Positions 7,956 through 16,274 are shown, counted from the first letter of the stretch. The stretch: 32,000 bases of DNA from Hormoscilla sp. GUM202 (GCA_005518205.2 RFFC02000018.1:25598-57597), one strand, 5' to 3'. Made by a program: numbers and translations. Notes: a model not told the origin generated them from the sequence alone.

Positions 7956-9565
7956 TTACATAATTGACTCCAGCAAATAGTACCGCTGACATGCTGGTGG
8001 AAAGAACTTCAAAAAGTGCAACCGCTCCTCATTAATATTGGAAATCTGTTTGCTCCCGCGATCGATATAGATATGAATTGACTGAAAACATTGAAATATC
8101 CAACGAAGAGTTGGTCTATCCGTCAGCCGACCTAACTGATTTTTTACTCCTGAACCTGTTCGTTTAAGTGTTTGCCTTATCTGTCGCTCTGCTACCTTAT
8201 ACACTAACAAAGATAAGGCCATAATTAAACCTAAAACTTCAATGCGTTTTGGCGATTTAATAAATACACTATCAGCAAAAAACATGGGCGATTTAAAAAA
8301 CTTAAAACAACGCTCCACGCTGCTCGTTTTTATGGAGAGCATTTTTTCGGGATTTAGCGCTAATTCATCGAGTTGATTAGTTGCTAAAATAAAGCGTCCT
8401 GCCTGGTTTTTTTTCTCTTGCACTTGTTCGAGACATTCCCTAATAGTTGCTTGGACTTGATAGTGGCAATCAGACTCTCCACTCTCAGACTTAGTGAAAA
8501 TCGATTGAGTTGTTATGTCCGTTAGTTGATGATACAATGATTTTTTTAATAGCTTATTTGCCGCTACTATAGCATCCGGGGCACAAGCAAATTCACGACA
8601 ACTTAATTCTTTTAATTTATTTTTGGCAACACGTAAATCTTTGTCAATTTTATCCTGCAATTTTTTGAGGTCTGATTCCCGACGCTCCTGACTTTCAATT
8701 ACTAGCCATCTTTGTTCTATATCTCCATAGTTTTGCCTTACTTCTAGGTAACGATATCCTGGCTGTTCGCAAGAAATAAAATTCTCTGTATCCGCCTCCG
8801 TGACCAACTTCTTGGCTGCTTTAATAGTAAGTGGCACTCGCGATAACCACTTGATATCACCTAAAATTTGCAGTCTTGCGTATATAATGCTGCATCGGCT
8901 ACCATTAACCCTGAAAATTCAAAAGTTTTTTTGAACTCTGTTATTGCTAAAGGAATTTCTTTTTGGTCTGAGGCATTTCCATCTCCCATCTTTATCCATA
9001 AAGGAATACCTCCATCTCCTGAACAAATTAACTGCATTGTATATTGTTTCAAATCTGGTCTATGGTCTCTTGAATATCCATGAGTTATTTTTATTGGCCT
9101 AGGTTCGACTACAGATGATGTTTTGTACTCTCCATGAACATGAAATGAACTTGAATCTCTATGTGCTGTTTCCCTTTTGATTTGATATTTTTTTAATACT
9201 GATAACGCTATCTCAACTTCTCCAATTCCTATTTCATATAGCTCATCCATAACTCTTCCCAATTTATCATCATTCAAATATTCCGGTTTGACTCCAACTC
9301 CAATTAAGTGTTCTATTGCTTTTCCTTCAAAAAATCTGGAAAACAGGTATAATGGTGCTGACACTAATCCTAAGGCATTTATTATCATTGCTTTAACAAC
9401 TTGACCAGAACTAATTTTCTCTGATGAGTGTTTTGGCAATCGCCGGTTAATTATCAATTCTATTCCTATGTCATCGATGATTCCGGCCACTAATCCCAGA
9501 TGATCTAGATTGGTAATTTCCATCATTCTGTATCTGAACTTCAAACACGTTCCATTATAACTCAA
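7956..9565 (-). pseudogene. IS1634-like (IS4 superfamily) transposase interrupted by one frameshift
   Basis: The N-terminal ORF (8861-9565) has LDHLGLVAGIIDDIGI and ITHGYSRDHRPDLKQ...VADAALYTQD. The second frame continues ..LQILGDIKWLSRVPLTIKAAKKL...QRWLVIESQERRESD (7956-8837). The two frames join if one nt is added or removed near 8865-8880. Element ends were not resolved. Confidence 0.75.
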
Positions 9566-9708
9566 TGCCAGGGATTTTGGGGCAGATCGGGAGCATGTCT
9601 GAGTATTTATACTCAGATACCTTCTTCACTACGTACTACATTTGTGGCACAAAATGATTTTTTTCGTAATACATGATACAGCATTTATCATAAAGATGAG
9701 GTACAATA

Positions 9709-10692
9709 GTGAGGTCAGCAGTAGAACCCTCGAAAACCATGAAGCCCTATTCAGTTGATCTCCGCCAGAAAATTATAGAAACCTATGAAAATGAGGAGAT
9801 ATCACAAAGACAACTAGCCAAAAGATTCCGAGTAGCATTCAGTTTCGTTATCAAAATTCTCAAGCAGTACCGGTCCACTGGCAACTTGAAGCCGGGTATT
9901 AGCACCGGTCGTCCCCTCAAGCTCAACCAGTCCCAACAGGAAAAGCTCAAAGTTTTAGTAGAGGAAAATAATGATTGGACATTGTCAGAATATCAGTCAG
10001 AATTAGAAAAACAGACGGAGGTAAAAGTCAGCCGTTCCACAATAGACAGAATGATTAAACGGTCGGGATTGACCGTAAAAAAAAAGGCATTACATCCGAC
10101 GGAAAAGAGAAGTTCTCGAGTTCAGCAGTTAAGGTTAGACTACTGGAAAGAGATAGAAGGAATTGAGCCTACTGACCTCATTTTTCTGGATGAATCGGGC
10201 TGCAACCTGGCTTTAACACGGATGTATGCCCGCTCACAATGTGGTCTGAGAGCTTATGGAAGTAAACCCAGTAAGCGAGGACAAAATGTTTCAATAGTTG
10301 GGGCAGTTAGTCTCAATGGGATAGTGAGTTCATTGAATATTTTAGGTGCTTATGATAGCTTAACATTTGAGGCATTTGTGATTCGACACTTAGTGCCAAA
10401 GCTGTGGAAAGGAGCTTGTGTTGTGATGGACAACTGTACAATTCATAAGGGAGATGTAATCCGACAAGCTATTGAAAAAGTGGGGGCGCGGTTAGTCTAT
10501 CTTCCTCCTTATTCGCCAGACTTCTCTCCAATTGAAAATATTTGGTCAAAGCTGAAGAGTTATCTCAAGAAACTAGAAGCCAGAACCTATCGGGCCTTAG
10601 TAGATGGCATTCAGGAGGGCTTTGCTACCATCAACCTGCAAGATATCCACAACTGGTTCACCCACTGTTGCTACTGTACCTCACCATTTTGA
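9709..10692 (+). CDS. IS630-family (Tc1/mariner-like) DDE transposase
   Basis: An N-terminal HTH is followed by the DDE triad context FLDESG, VVMDNCTIHK and PYSPDFSPIENIWSKLK. The likely true start is the ATG at 9739 (MKPYSVDLRQKI). An imperfect inverted repeat, AGCATTTATCA / TGATAAATGCT, lies at about 9681 and 10691. The outer ends are roughly 9640 and 10735 and are not resolved. Confidence 0.85.
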   Translation: MRSAVEPSKTMKPYSVDLRQKIIETYENEEISQRQLAKRFRVAFSFVIKILKQYRSTGNLKPGISTGRPLKLNQSQQEKLKVLVEENNDWTLSEYQSELEKQTEVKVSRSTIDRMIKRSGLTVKKKALHPTEKRSSRVQQLRLDYWKEIEGIEPTDLIFLDESGCNLALTRMYARSQCGLRAYGSKPSKRGQNVSIVGAVSLNGIVSSLNILGAYDSLTFEAFVIRHLVPKLWKGACVVMDNCTIHKGDVIRQAIEKVGARLVYLPPYSPDFSPIENIWSKLKSYLKKLEARTYRALVDGIQEGFATINLQDIHNWFTHCCYCTSPF

Positions 10693-10841
10693 TAAATGCT
10701 ATAGATTACAATTTGTCGTGCGGAATGTGGGATCTAAAAATACAATTAATCCGATCGTTAGACTGGGAAGCGGGGGAGTCGGTATATGACTGAGAGTTAA
10801 CTCTCAAAGTAGTCTAAATCATCAATTGGAGGCTTACTGCC

Positions 10842-11993
10842 GTGGTTTCTGGGAATCAGCAGATTTTGGGTTATTTCATCGAGGAAGCCAAAGAACACCT
10901 GGAGACGATCGAACAAGGGCTGTCGGATCTACAGTCCACGATGAAAGACCCCGAAATCATGAACGAAATGTTTCGCGCCGCCCATTCCGTCAAAGGGGGT
11001 GCGGCAATGTTGGGCTTTGGTAGCATTCAAAAAACAGCCCACCGCTTAGAAGATGGCTTCAAGATTCTGAAAGAAAACCAGATCGAGATCGATCAAAAGC
11101 TGGAGTCCTTATTTTTCAAGTGCTTTGATACCATGCGGGACTTACTCGATCGCCTGCAAGGACCATTTGGCTTGCGAGATGAAGAAGCGAATCAAGTGAT
11201 GCTGTCCGCGGAGCCAATCTTTGGCCAACTCCAGGCTTATCTAGAGAGTTTAACGGGTGGGGTTGCCGAACAGCCAATCAAAACAGATGCTGCTTCGATG
11301 TCTCTGGGGAGCTTGATGTCCCCCGGACGCACGTCGAAACCCGGGGGACATCATCTGAGCACTACCCCAGAGACATCGCCACCTAAGCCAGATTTTGTGA
11401 CTCAGGTAACGGCGGTCCTCAGAGAGATGTTGCAGCTGTTTAAGCAAAAAGCTAATCCTGCTAATCGTCAACAGCTGGAACAATTATGTAGCAGTCTCCT
11501 CAATCTGGGCGAAGATACCGAAAGCTGGCAAAATATAGTACAAACGGCTCAGACTGCCATTGCTAATTATAACTGTCCCTATCTCACCCTGGCTCCCCTG
11601 GTGATTAAGGAACTCAAGCAGGCAAGCGAACAACTGAAGGCTGGCCAAGCTAGCCAAATCGCTCCTTCTAAAAACTTGCAACGCATAGCGGATAATTCTC
11701 CTTCTCAGCGAATTATCCTAGTTGTCGAACCAAAGGCAGCCGCAGAAACTCTGGTCAAGGCTTTCAACAAAAAGCAGCTATCACAATTTATGAAGGCGCT
11801 ACAAACAACCGCTAAAACCTTCGAGGCCTCTCGGTCGGGAGATGTCTCCCGGTCGGGAGATGTCCTCCGGGGCGAGGCGTCTCCCGGGAGCGCTATTCGC
11901 ACGTTCCCAGGCAGAGCCGTGGGAACGAGGGGGGAGACGTCTCGCTCGATGTCTGACGGGAGCGCTAATCGCACTACCCGTCAGACATCGTAA
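10842..11993 (+). CDS. Hpt-domain protein (CheA/PilL N-terminal-like); contains one internal repeat insertion and a repeat-derived C-terminus
   Basis: The N-terminal Hpt domain has the phospho-His motif FRAAHSVKGGAAMLGF. Residues ..SLGSLMSPGRTSKPGGHHLSTTPETS.. are encoded by repeat 11296-11378. From about 11828 the ORF is read out of the repeat cluster (SRSGDVSRSGDVLRGEASPGSAIRTFPGRAVGTRGETSRSMSDGSANRTTRQTS). The GTG start is uncertain. Confidence 0.65.
   Translation: MVSGNQQILGYFIEEAKEHLETIEQGLSDLQSTMKDPEIMNEMFRAAHSVKGGAAMLGFGSIQKTAHRLEDGFKILKENQIEIDQKLESLFFKCFDTMRDLLDRLQGPFGLRDEEANQVMLSAEPIFGQLQAYLESLTGGVAEQPIKTDAASMSLGSLMSPGRTSKPGGHHLSTTPETSPPKPDFVTQVTAVLREMLQLFKQKANPANRQQLEQLCSSLLNLGEDTESWQNIVQTAQTAIANYNCPYLTLAPLVIKELKQASEQLKAGQASQIAPSKNLQRIADNSPSQRIILVVEPKAAAETLVKAFNKKQLSQFMKALQTTAKTFEASRSGDVSRSGDVLRGEASPGSAIRTFPGRAVGTRGETSRSMSDGSANRTTRQTS
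11296..11378. repeat. hairpin micro-repeat (outer unit with a nested 48-nt hairpin) inside the Hpt gene
   Basis: CGATGTCTCTGGGG-AGC-[ttGATGTCCCCCGGacgcacgtcgaaaCCCGGGGGACATCat]-CTGAGCACTA-CCCCAGAGACATCG. The nested part recurs at 3535-3582 with 2 differences. Confidence 0.85.
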
Positions 11994-12144
11994 TCGCACG
12001 TTCCCAGGCAGAGCCGTGGGAACGTGGGGGAGACATCGTAATCGCACTACCCGAGAGGCATCGCATTCGATATCTCTGCCAGAGCTCTTGTCCCAGGGGA
12101 CATGGCTGCGCTCCCGCAAGGGATACGGCACACAGGAGACATCG
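11828..12144. repeat. cluster of about 317 bp made of nested or abutting hairpin micro-repeats between convergent genes
   Basis: It contains a tandem CGGTCGGGAGATGTC x2 and two GTTCCCAGGCAGAGCCGTGGGAAC hairpins (11903-11926, 12000-12023). It also holds a clean loop unit at 11947-11990, the module CGATATCTCTGCCAGAGCTCTTGTCC (12063-12088) and GGCACACAGGAGACATCG (12127-12144). Confidence 0.85.
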
Positions 12145-12152
12145 CAAAGTAG

Positions 12153-13472
12153 TCAGTTGAAGGTGAGGGCTTGCCCCCGGACTTCTTTGCGCAAATTGCC
12201 GCGATCGTAGGCAACTTGACCGCCGACAATGGTCACAACGGGCCAACCTGTCAAGTTCCAACCTTCAAAGGGACTCCAACCACATTTGGTCAGGAGTTCC
12301 TCGCGGCGTACTGGACGATAGCTGTTCAGGTCTACCAGTACCAAGTCAGCATCATAGCCCGGGGCAATGACGCCTTTATTAGGAATCTTGTAGGCTTTCG
12401 CTGGTGCCAGTGACATCCAGTGAGAGACTTGGGCAATGCTACAACGCCCCTGCATTGCCTGAGTCAGCATCAGGGGTAAAGATGTCTCTACTCCTGGCAT
12501 GCCCGAAGGAGAATTAGGATATCCTCGGGCTTTTTCCTCTAAAGTGTGGGGGGCGTGGTCTGTAGCGATAAAGTCAATTACCCCATCTAGCAAGGCTTGC
12601 CACAGGACTTGGTTGTCCTGGGGAGTGCGCAAAGGGGGATTCATTTGAGCCAAGGTGCCAAGCTGTTCGTAAGCGCTAGTATTGAGTAGTAGGTGTTGGG
12701 GCGTTACTTCTGCTGTCACCCAGCTGGGCTTATCCTGACGCAGCAATTCTGCTTCGACACCGGTAGACATATGTAGAATATGCAGGCGTCGCTGGTATTT
12801 CTTCGACAGCCCCAGGGCCTGAACAGTCGCGTTCAAGGCTGCCTGTGAGTCCTGTATTTGGGAATGAACCGCTGGGTTAGTCTCGCCCACAAATAACTGC
12901 CGGCGCTCGGATATCCGGGCTTGGTCTTCGGCATGTACAGCGATCGGCCGCCTGCCAGTAGCAAAGATTCTCTCCAGCACCTCGGACTGGTCAACCAGGA
13001 GATCGCCCTTCATGGACCCCATAAAAATTTTAATTCCTGGCGTGGGATTTGCGGAGAGCAGATCGGGGGAACAGGCTGACGTTGCTCCAATAAAAAAGCC
13101 ATAATTGACTAAGCACTTCTGTTGGGCCCGTCCCAGCTTGTCATCTAGAGTGGACTGGTCTGTTGTCAGTGGGCGTGTATTGGGCATCTCCAAAAATGAA
13201 GTCACGCCCCCCTTAGCACAAGCACAGCTAGCTGTCAACAGGTCTTCTTTATGCTCTAGACCTGGTTCTCGGAAATGCACCTGGGGGTCGATCGCACCTG
13301 GCAACAATGTCAACCCCTCGGCGTCTAGAACCTCCTCAGGGACGGATCCGAGATCCGGGGCGACTTGGACAATTTCTCGATCGCGGATCCCGACATCCCC
13401 CACCAGGAAATCACCAGTGGGTAAAAGAATCCGTGCCTGACGAATCAACAAACTAAAAGGAGTAGCTGACAT
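12153..13472 (-). CDS. pyrC: dihydroorotase (amidohydrolase superfamily, about 440-aa class)
   Basis: Motifs DPQVHFREPGLEHKEDL, VTSFLEMPNT, IAVHAED, HILHMST and FIATDHAPH are present. Confidence 0.8.
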   Translation of the reverse strand: MSATPFSLLIRQARILLPTGDFLVGDVGIRDREIVQVAPDLGSVPEEVLDAEGLTLLPGAIDPQVHFREPGLEHKEDLLTASCACAKGGVTSFLEMPNTRPLTTDQSTLDDKLGRAQQKCLVNYGFFIGATSACSPDLLSANPTPGIKIFMGSMKGDLLVDQSEVLERIFATGRRPIAVHAEDQARISERRQLFVGETNPAVHSQIQDSQAALNATVQALGLSKKYQRRLHILHMSTGVEAELLRQDKPSWVTAEVTPQHLLLNTSAYEQLGTLAQMNPPLRTPQDNQVLWQALLDGVIDFIATDHAPHTLEEKARGYPNSPSGMPGVETSLPLMLTQAMQGRCSIAQVSHWMSLAPAKAYKIPNKGVIAPGYDADLVLVDLNSYRPVRREELLTKCGWSPFEGWNLTGWPVVTIVGGQVAYDRGNLRKEVRGQALTFN

Positions 13473-13566
13473 GGGAGAAGGTATTGCTCAAATTCATTAC
13501 CGTTAATTGACTATACTTGAACTGTAAATAATTGTCAATCTTACTGATATATCCCCAAAATCGAAC

Positions 13567-14241
13567 ATGACTTCTGTGAATAAGCAAGATATGAAGGAAA
13601 AGCCGGCGAACAATAGTGAAAACCCTTGGATAGAGGGAATAAAGACGATCGCCCTGAGTGGAATTTTGGCTTTTGGGATTAGAACTTTTGTAGCGGAAGC
13701 CCGTTATATTCCTTCGGGGTCGATGTTGCCAACTCTACAGATAAACGATCGCCTGATTATCGATAAGTTAGGTTATCACTTCAGGGATCCGCAACGGGGA
13801 GATATTGTGGTATTTAAGCCGACAGATGGACTGCTTGAGGAAAATCCAAATCTGAAAGATGCTTTTATTAAGCGGGTGGTAGGTTTACCGGGAGAAAAGG
13901 TAGAGTTGCGACAGGGAAATGTCTATGTAAACGATCGCCCCCTGGCGGAAAAATATGTAGCTTCTGATTTTAACCCAGCTGCACCTGTGACGGCCTCATC
14001 GACACATCAGCGGACGCAAATAAATGTCTGCCCACCAGATAAGCGGTTCCTCTCTCAACCAGTCACTGTGCCTGCCGACTCCTATCTGGTCATGGGCGAT
14101 AACCGCAATAATAGTTATGATAGCCGCTGCTGGGGGTTCGTGCCCCGCGATCGGATTATCGGCAGGGCGATCGTCCGCTTCTGGCCCTTTAATCACTTTG
14201 GTCAACTGGATGAGTCCCCGATATATCCCACTGAAAAGTAA
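13567..14241 (+). CDS. lepB: signal peptidase I
   Basis: An N-terminal TM segment is followed by the catalytic Ser box [10 protein letters not shown], the Lys box [11 protein letters not shown], and [19 protein letters not shown]. Confidence 0.9.
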   Translation: MTSVNKQDMKEKPANNSENPWIEGIKTIALSGILAFGIRTFVAEARYIPSGSMLPTLQINDRLIIDKLGYHFRDPQRGDIVVFKPTDGLLEENPNLKDAFIKRVVGLPGEKVELRQGNVYVNDRPLAEKYVASDFNPAAPVTASSTHQRTQINVCPPDKRFLSQPVTVPADSYLVMGDNRNNSYDSRCWGFVPRDRIIGRAIVRFWPFNHFGQLDESPIYPTEK

Positions 14242-14425
14242 AATACTTAGTGTTATTTTGACTTGAGAGGATAGTGCGATCGCCCCTTAACCAGAAGCGA
14301 TCGCCGGAGCGTTCGTAGTAAGAGATCTATAATCCAACTATAACAACCGCAGTAGCCATATTGGACCTTGTTGAGTAATTTATCTCTAATCAGGGTTGAA
14401 TAAATGTTACAATCAAGGGACTACC

Positions 14426-14499
14426 TATCGTTTACCGATCCACCCACCCATGTCGTTGCCTGCTGGCGAACGACAGGGTGGGTGAAGAGGAAACGACTC
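14426..14499 (+). repeat. 74-nt long-hairpin repeat, copy 1
   Basis: ATCGTTTACCGATCCACCCACCCATGTCGTTGCCTGCTGGCGAACGACAGGGTGGGTGAAGAGGAAACGACTCC. It is identical to 18514-18587 except for one base. The pairings are CACCCACCC/GGGTGGGTG, GTCGTT/AACGAC and TCGTTT/AAACGA. Confidence 0.85.
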
Positions 14500-14507
14500 C
14501 CTGGTAA

Positions 14508-14981
14508 AATGGAAACTGTATATCTACCTCCCAAAGGGAGAAGTTTACTAGCATCCCGTCTTTTGCTGGCCTACGTGGGCTTTGCTACTATCACTTTATC
14601 CGCCTGTACAGGAGAACCGGTTATGACTTCATTAAACAAGGAAATTGTCACCCTTGATGTTGGTCCCAATTTGGTGGACTGCGTTGGCTTTATACCCCAG
14701 AAATGTATGTTGGTGCGGGAAGAGGACGAGCAGGATTTTACCTATTTATACGATGCTATTGAGGGGTTTGATTATGAATCGGGCTATAACTATAAGCTGC
14801 GCCTATGGCTGGCGCCACGCTGCGCGATCAGAAAACCCCGATCGAAAATCCTCCTGCGGATGCTTCGTCTATCCAGTGGACGTTAGTTGAACAGTTGGTC
14901 ATTGCACTCCCGCTACCCCGTAGAAGCGCTAAAGCGCTTACTACAAACGGCTTATTACAAATGGACAACGCGCCCCTGTAA
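14508..14981 (+). pseudogene. DUF4377-like lipoprotein gene frameshifted by a 23-nt repeat insertion
   Basis: METVYLPPKGRSLLASRLLLAYVGFATITLSAC has a lipobox, followed by ...CVGFIPQKCMLVRE...IEGFDYESGYNYKLR in one frame. The conserved end QKTPIENPPADASSIQWTLVEQLV is in another frame. The shift coincides with CTATGGCTGGCGCCACGCTGCGC (14803-14825), which is flanked by the direct repeat CTGCGC. Removing 23 nt restores the frame. Confidence 0.6.
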
Positions 14982-16274
14982 TTTGCGCCCTAACCAAGGC
15001 GTATTAGTAGCACGAGATTTCAGAGTTAGATTCTCAACAGTCCAGGTTTGTTGAGGGTCAAATAGCATAAGTTCCGCTGGTTCTCCTGCTGATATGACAG
15101 CAGGTTTCTGCTGCAAACATAAGGCCGGATTTGTACTCATACTCCGCCATAATTGAGCAGCTGATAATTGCCCGGTTTCTACCAAACTGTGCCATAATAA
15201 CGGTAATGCTAGTTCTAACCCGATCGCCCCTGGAGGTGCTTCGGCAAAAGCTACGGTTTTTTCCTCGTAGGTATAGGGACTGTGGTCGATCGCGATCGCA
15301 TCGATTACCCCATCCCTGACTCCGGCAATTAAACTCTCCCGATCGACTGGGTTTCCTAAAGGCGGTTCCAAACGCAAATTCGGGTCGTAGCAATGACTAG
15401 CGATCGCCGGAGTATCCAGCAACAGATGCATCCAGGTAGTGCTAGCTGTCACGGGCAATTTGCGACTCTTAGCATCGTAGATCATTTCCACAGCCCCAGC
15501 AGTAGAAACCCGCATCACATGCACCCCCGTACCAGTATATTCCACCAATTGTAACAAAGTCGCCAGGGCAGTTGTTTCCCCAATTGCTGGAGTTCCCGGT
15601 AACCCCAAACGTAGGGAGAAAATTCCCTCTCGCATCACCCCATCTTCCGCCAAACTGCCATTATTCGGCCACAGCGCCACTGGCTTTCCTAAAGGCTGCA
15701 AGTATTCTAACAAACGTCTGAGTAGAGCCAGATTTTCCACTGGCTTACCATCAGCAAAACCTACCACTCCTGCTGCGGCTAACTCTGCCAATTGAGTCAT
15801 CTGTAGTCCTTGGGTACCCAAAGTAAGAGCCCCCCAGCAATAGAGATGGACTCGTCGATATCTTCCGTGTGCTCTTGTCCTGAAGGACATGCGCTGCGCG
15901 CCCAGCGCAGCGCCATCGGCACACTCTAGATATCGCCTTTTCATCAATGCCAAAGCACCTGTGTTATCCACTGGCGGCATTGTATCTGGTAAAATGGCAA
16001 TTCTGGTAAAACCCCCCGCCGCCGCCGCTTCCATCAGAGACTCTAAAGTTTCCCGCTGCTCAAACCCAGGTTCTCCAGAATGGCTGTACAGATCCACTAA
16101 TCCCGGTCCCATTACCAGTCCCCGGCAATTCTTCACATTCCCCTCACTGGGGTTGTCCGCAATCATTGCGCTTAAGCGCTTAATATAACCCTCTTCTATC
16201 AGCACATCGCATACTCTATCTGTACCCGAAACTGGCTCAATTAAACGCACTTGTTGCAGCAGTAATTCACTCAT
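14955..16274 (-). CDS. dihydroorotase-like protein lacking the HxH metal motif (PyrC-prime-like), with in-frame repeat insertion
   Basis: 439 aa of the amidohydrolase fold with GLVDLYSHSGEPG in place of DxHxH, and AIDHSPYTYEEK. Residues RYLECADGAALGAQRMSFRTRAHGRYR are encoded by the palindromic repeat at 15856-15935. Confidence 0.8.
   Translation of the reverse strand: MSELLLQQVRLIEPVSGTDRVCDVLIEEGYIKRLSAMIADNPSEGNVKNCRGLVMGPGLVDLYSHSGEPGFEQRETLESLMEAAAAGGFTRIAILPDTMPPVDNTGALALMKRRYLECADGAALGAQRMSFRTRAHGRYRRVHLYCWGALTLGTQGLQMTQLAELAAAGVVGFADGKPVENLALLRRLLEYLQPLGKPVALWPNNGSLAEDGVMREGIFSLRLGLPGTPAIGETTALATLLQLVEYTGTGVHVMRVSTAGAVEMIYDAKSRKLPVTASTTWMHLLLDTPAIASHCYDPNLRLEPPLGNPVDRESLIAGVRDGVIDAIAIDHSPYTYEEKTVAFAEAPPGAIGLELALPLLWHSLVETGQLSAAQLWRSMSTNPALCLQQKPAVISAGEPAELMLFDPQQTWTVENLTLKSRATNTPWLGRKLQGRVVHL
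15856..15935. repeat. about 80-nt nested palindromic repeat (CGATATCT family) inside the dihydroorotase-like gene
   Basis: The outer arms are CGATATCTTCCGTGTGC ... GGCACACTCTAGATATCG. The inner hairpins are TGTCC-tgaa-GGACA and GCGCTGCGCG-ccc-AGCGCAGCGC. Confidence 0.8.

Noticed and set aside
7606-7980. ORF 7606-7980 (+), 124 aa.
   Set aside because: It is very AT-rich and low-complexity (N/Y/K/I-rich), lies in the presumed flank or end of the IS1634-like element and overlaps the transposase 3' end.
10542-10793. ORFs 10542-10793 and 10604-10789 (+).
   Set aside because: They are alternative frames of the IS630 transposase 3' end and its terminal region. The DDE transposase frame explains the region.
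11903-12023. Repeated GTTCCCAGGCAGAGCCGTGGGAAC hairpins (also at 25352-25375 and 16321-16343) looked superficially like CRISPR repeats.
   Set aside because: There are only two adjacent copies, and irregular repeat-derived sequence rather than unique spacers lies between them. The copies are embedded in other repeats and inside genes, and no cas genes or leader are present.
11799-12261. ORFs 11799-12131 (-), 11842-12210 (+), 11974-12261 (-), 12047-12229 (-) and 11705-11974 (-).
   Set aside because: All are produced by the stop-poor repeat cluster 11828-12144 or by the antisense of the pyrC 3' end. They are mutually overlapping in several frames.
14404-14507. The N-terminal extension of ORF 14404-14886 (MLQSRDYLSFTDPPTHVVACWRTTGWVKRKRLPGK).
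   Set aside because: This part is the translated 74-nt hairpin repeat. A lipoprotein signal peptide begins at the ATG at 14508, which is the more plausible start.
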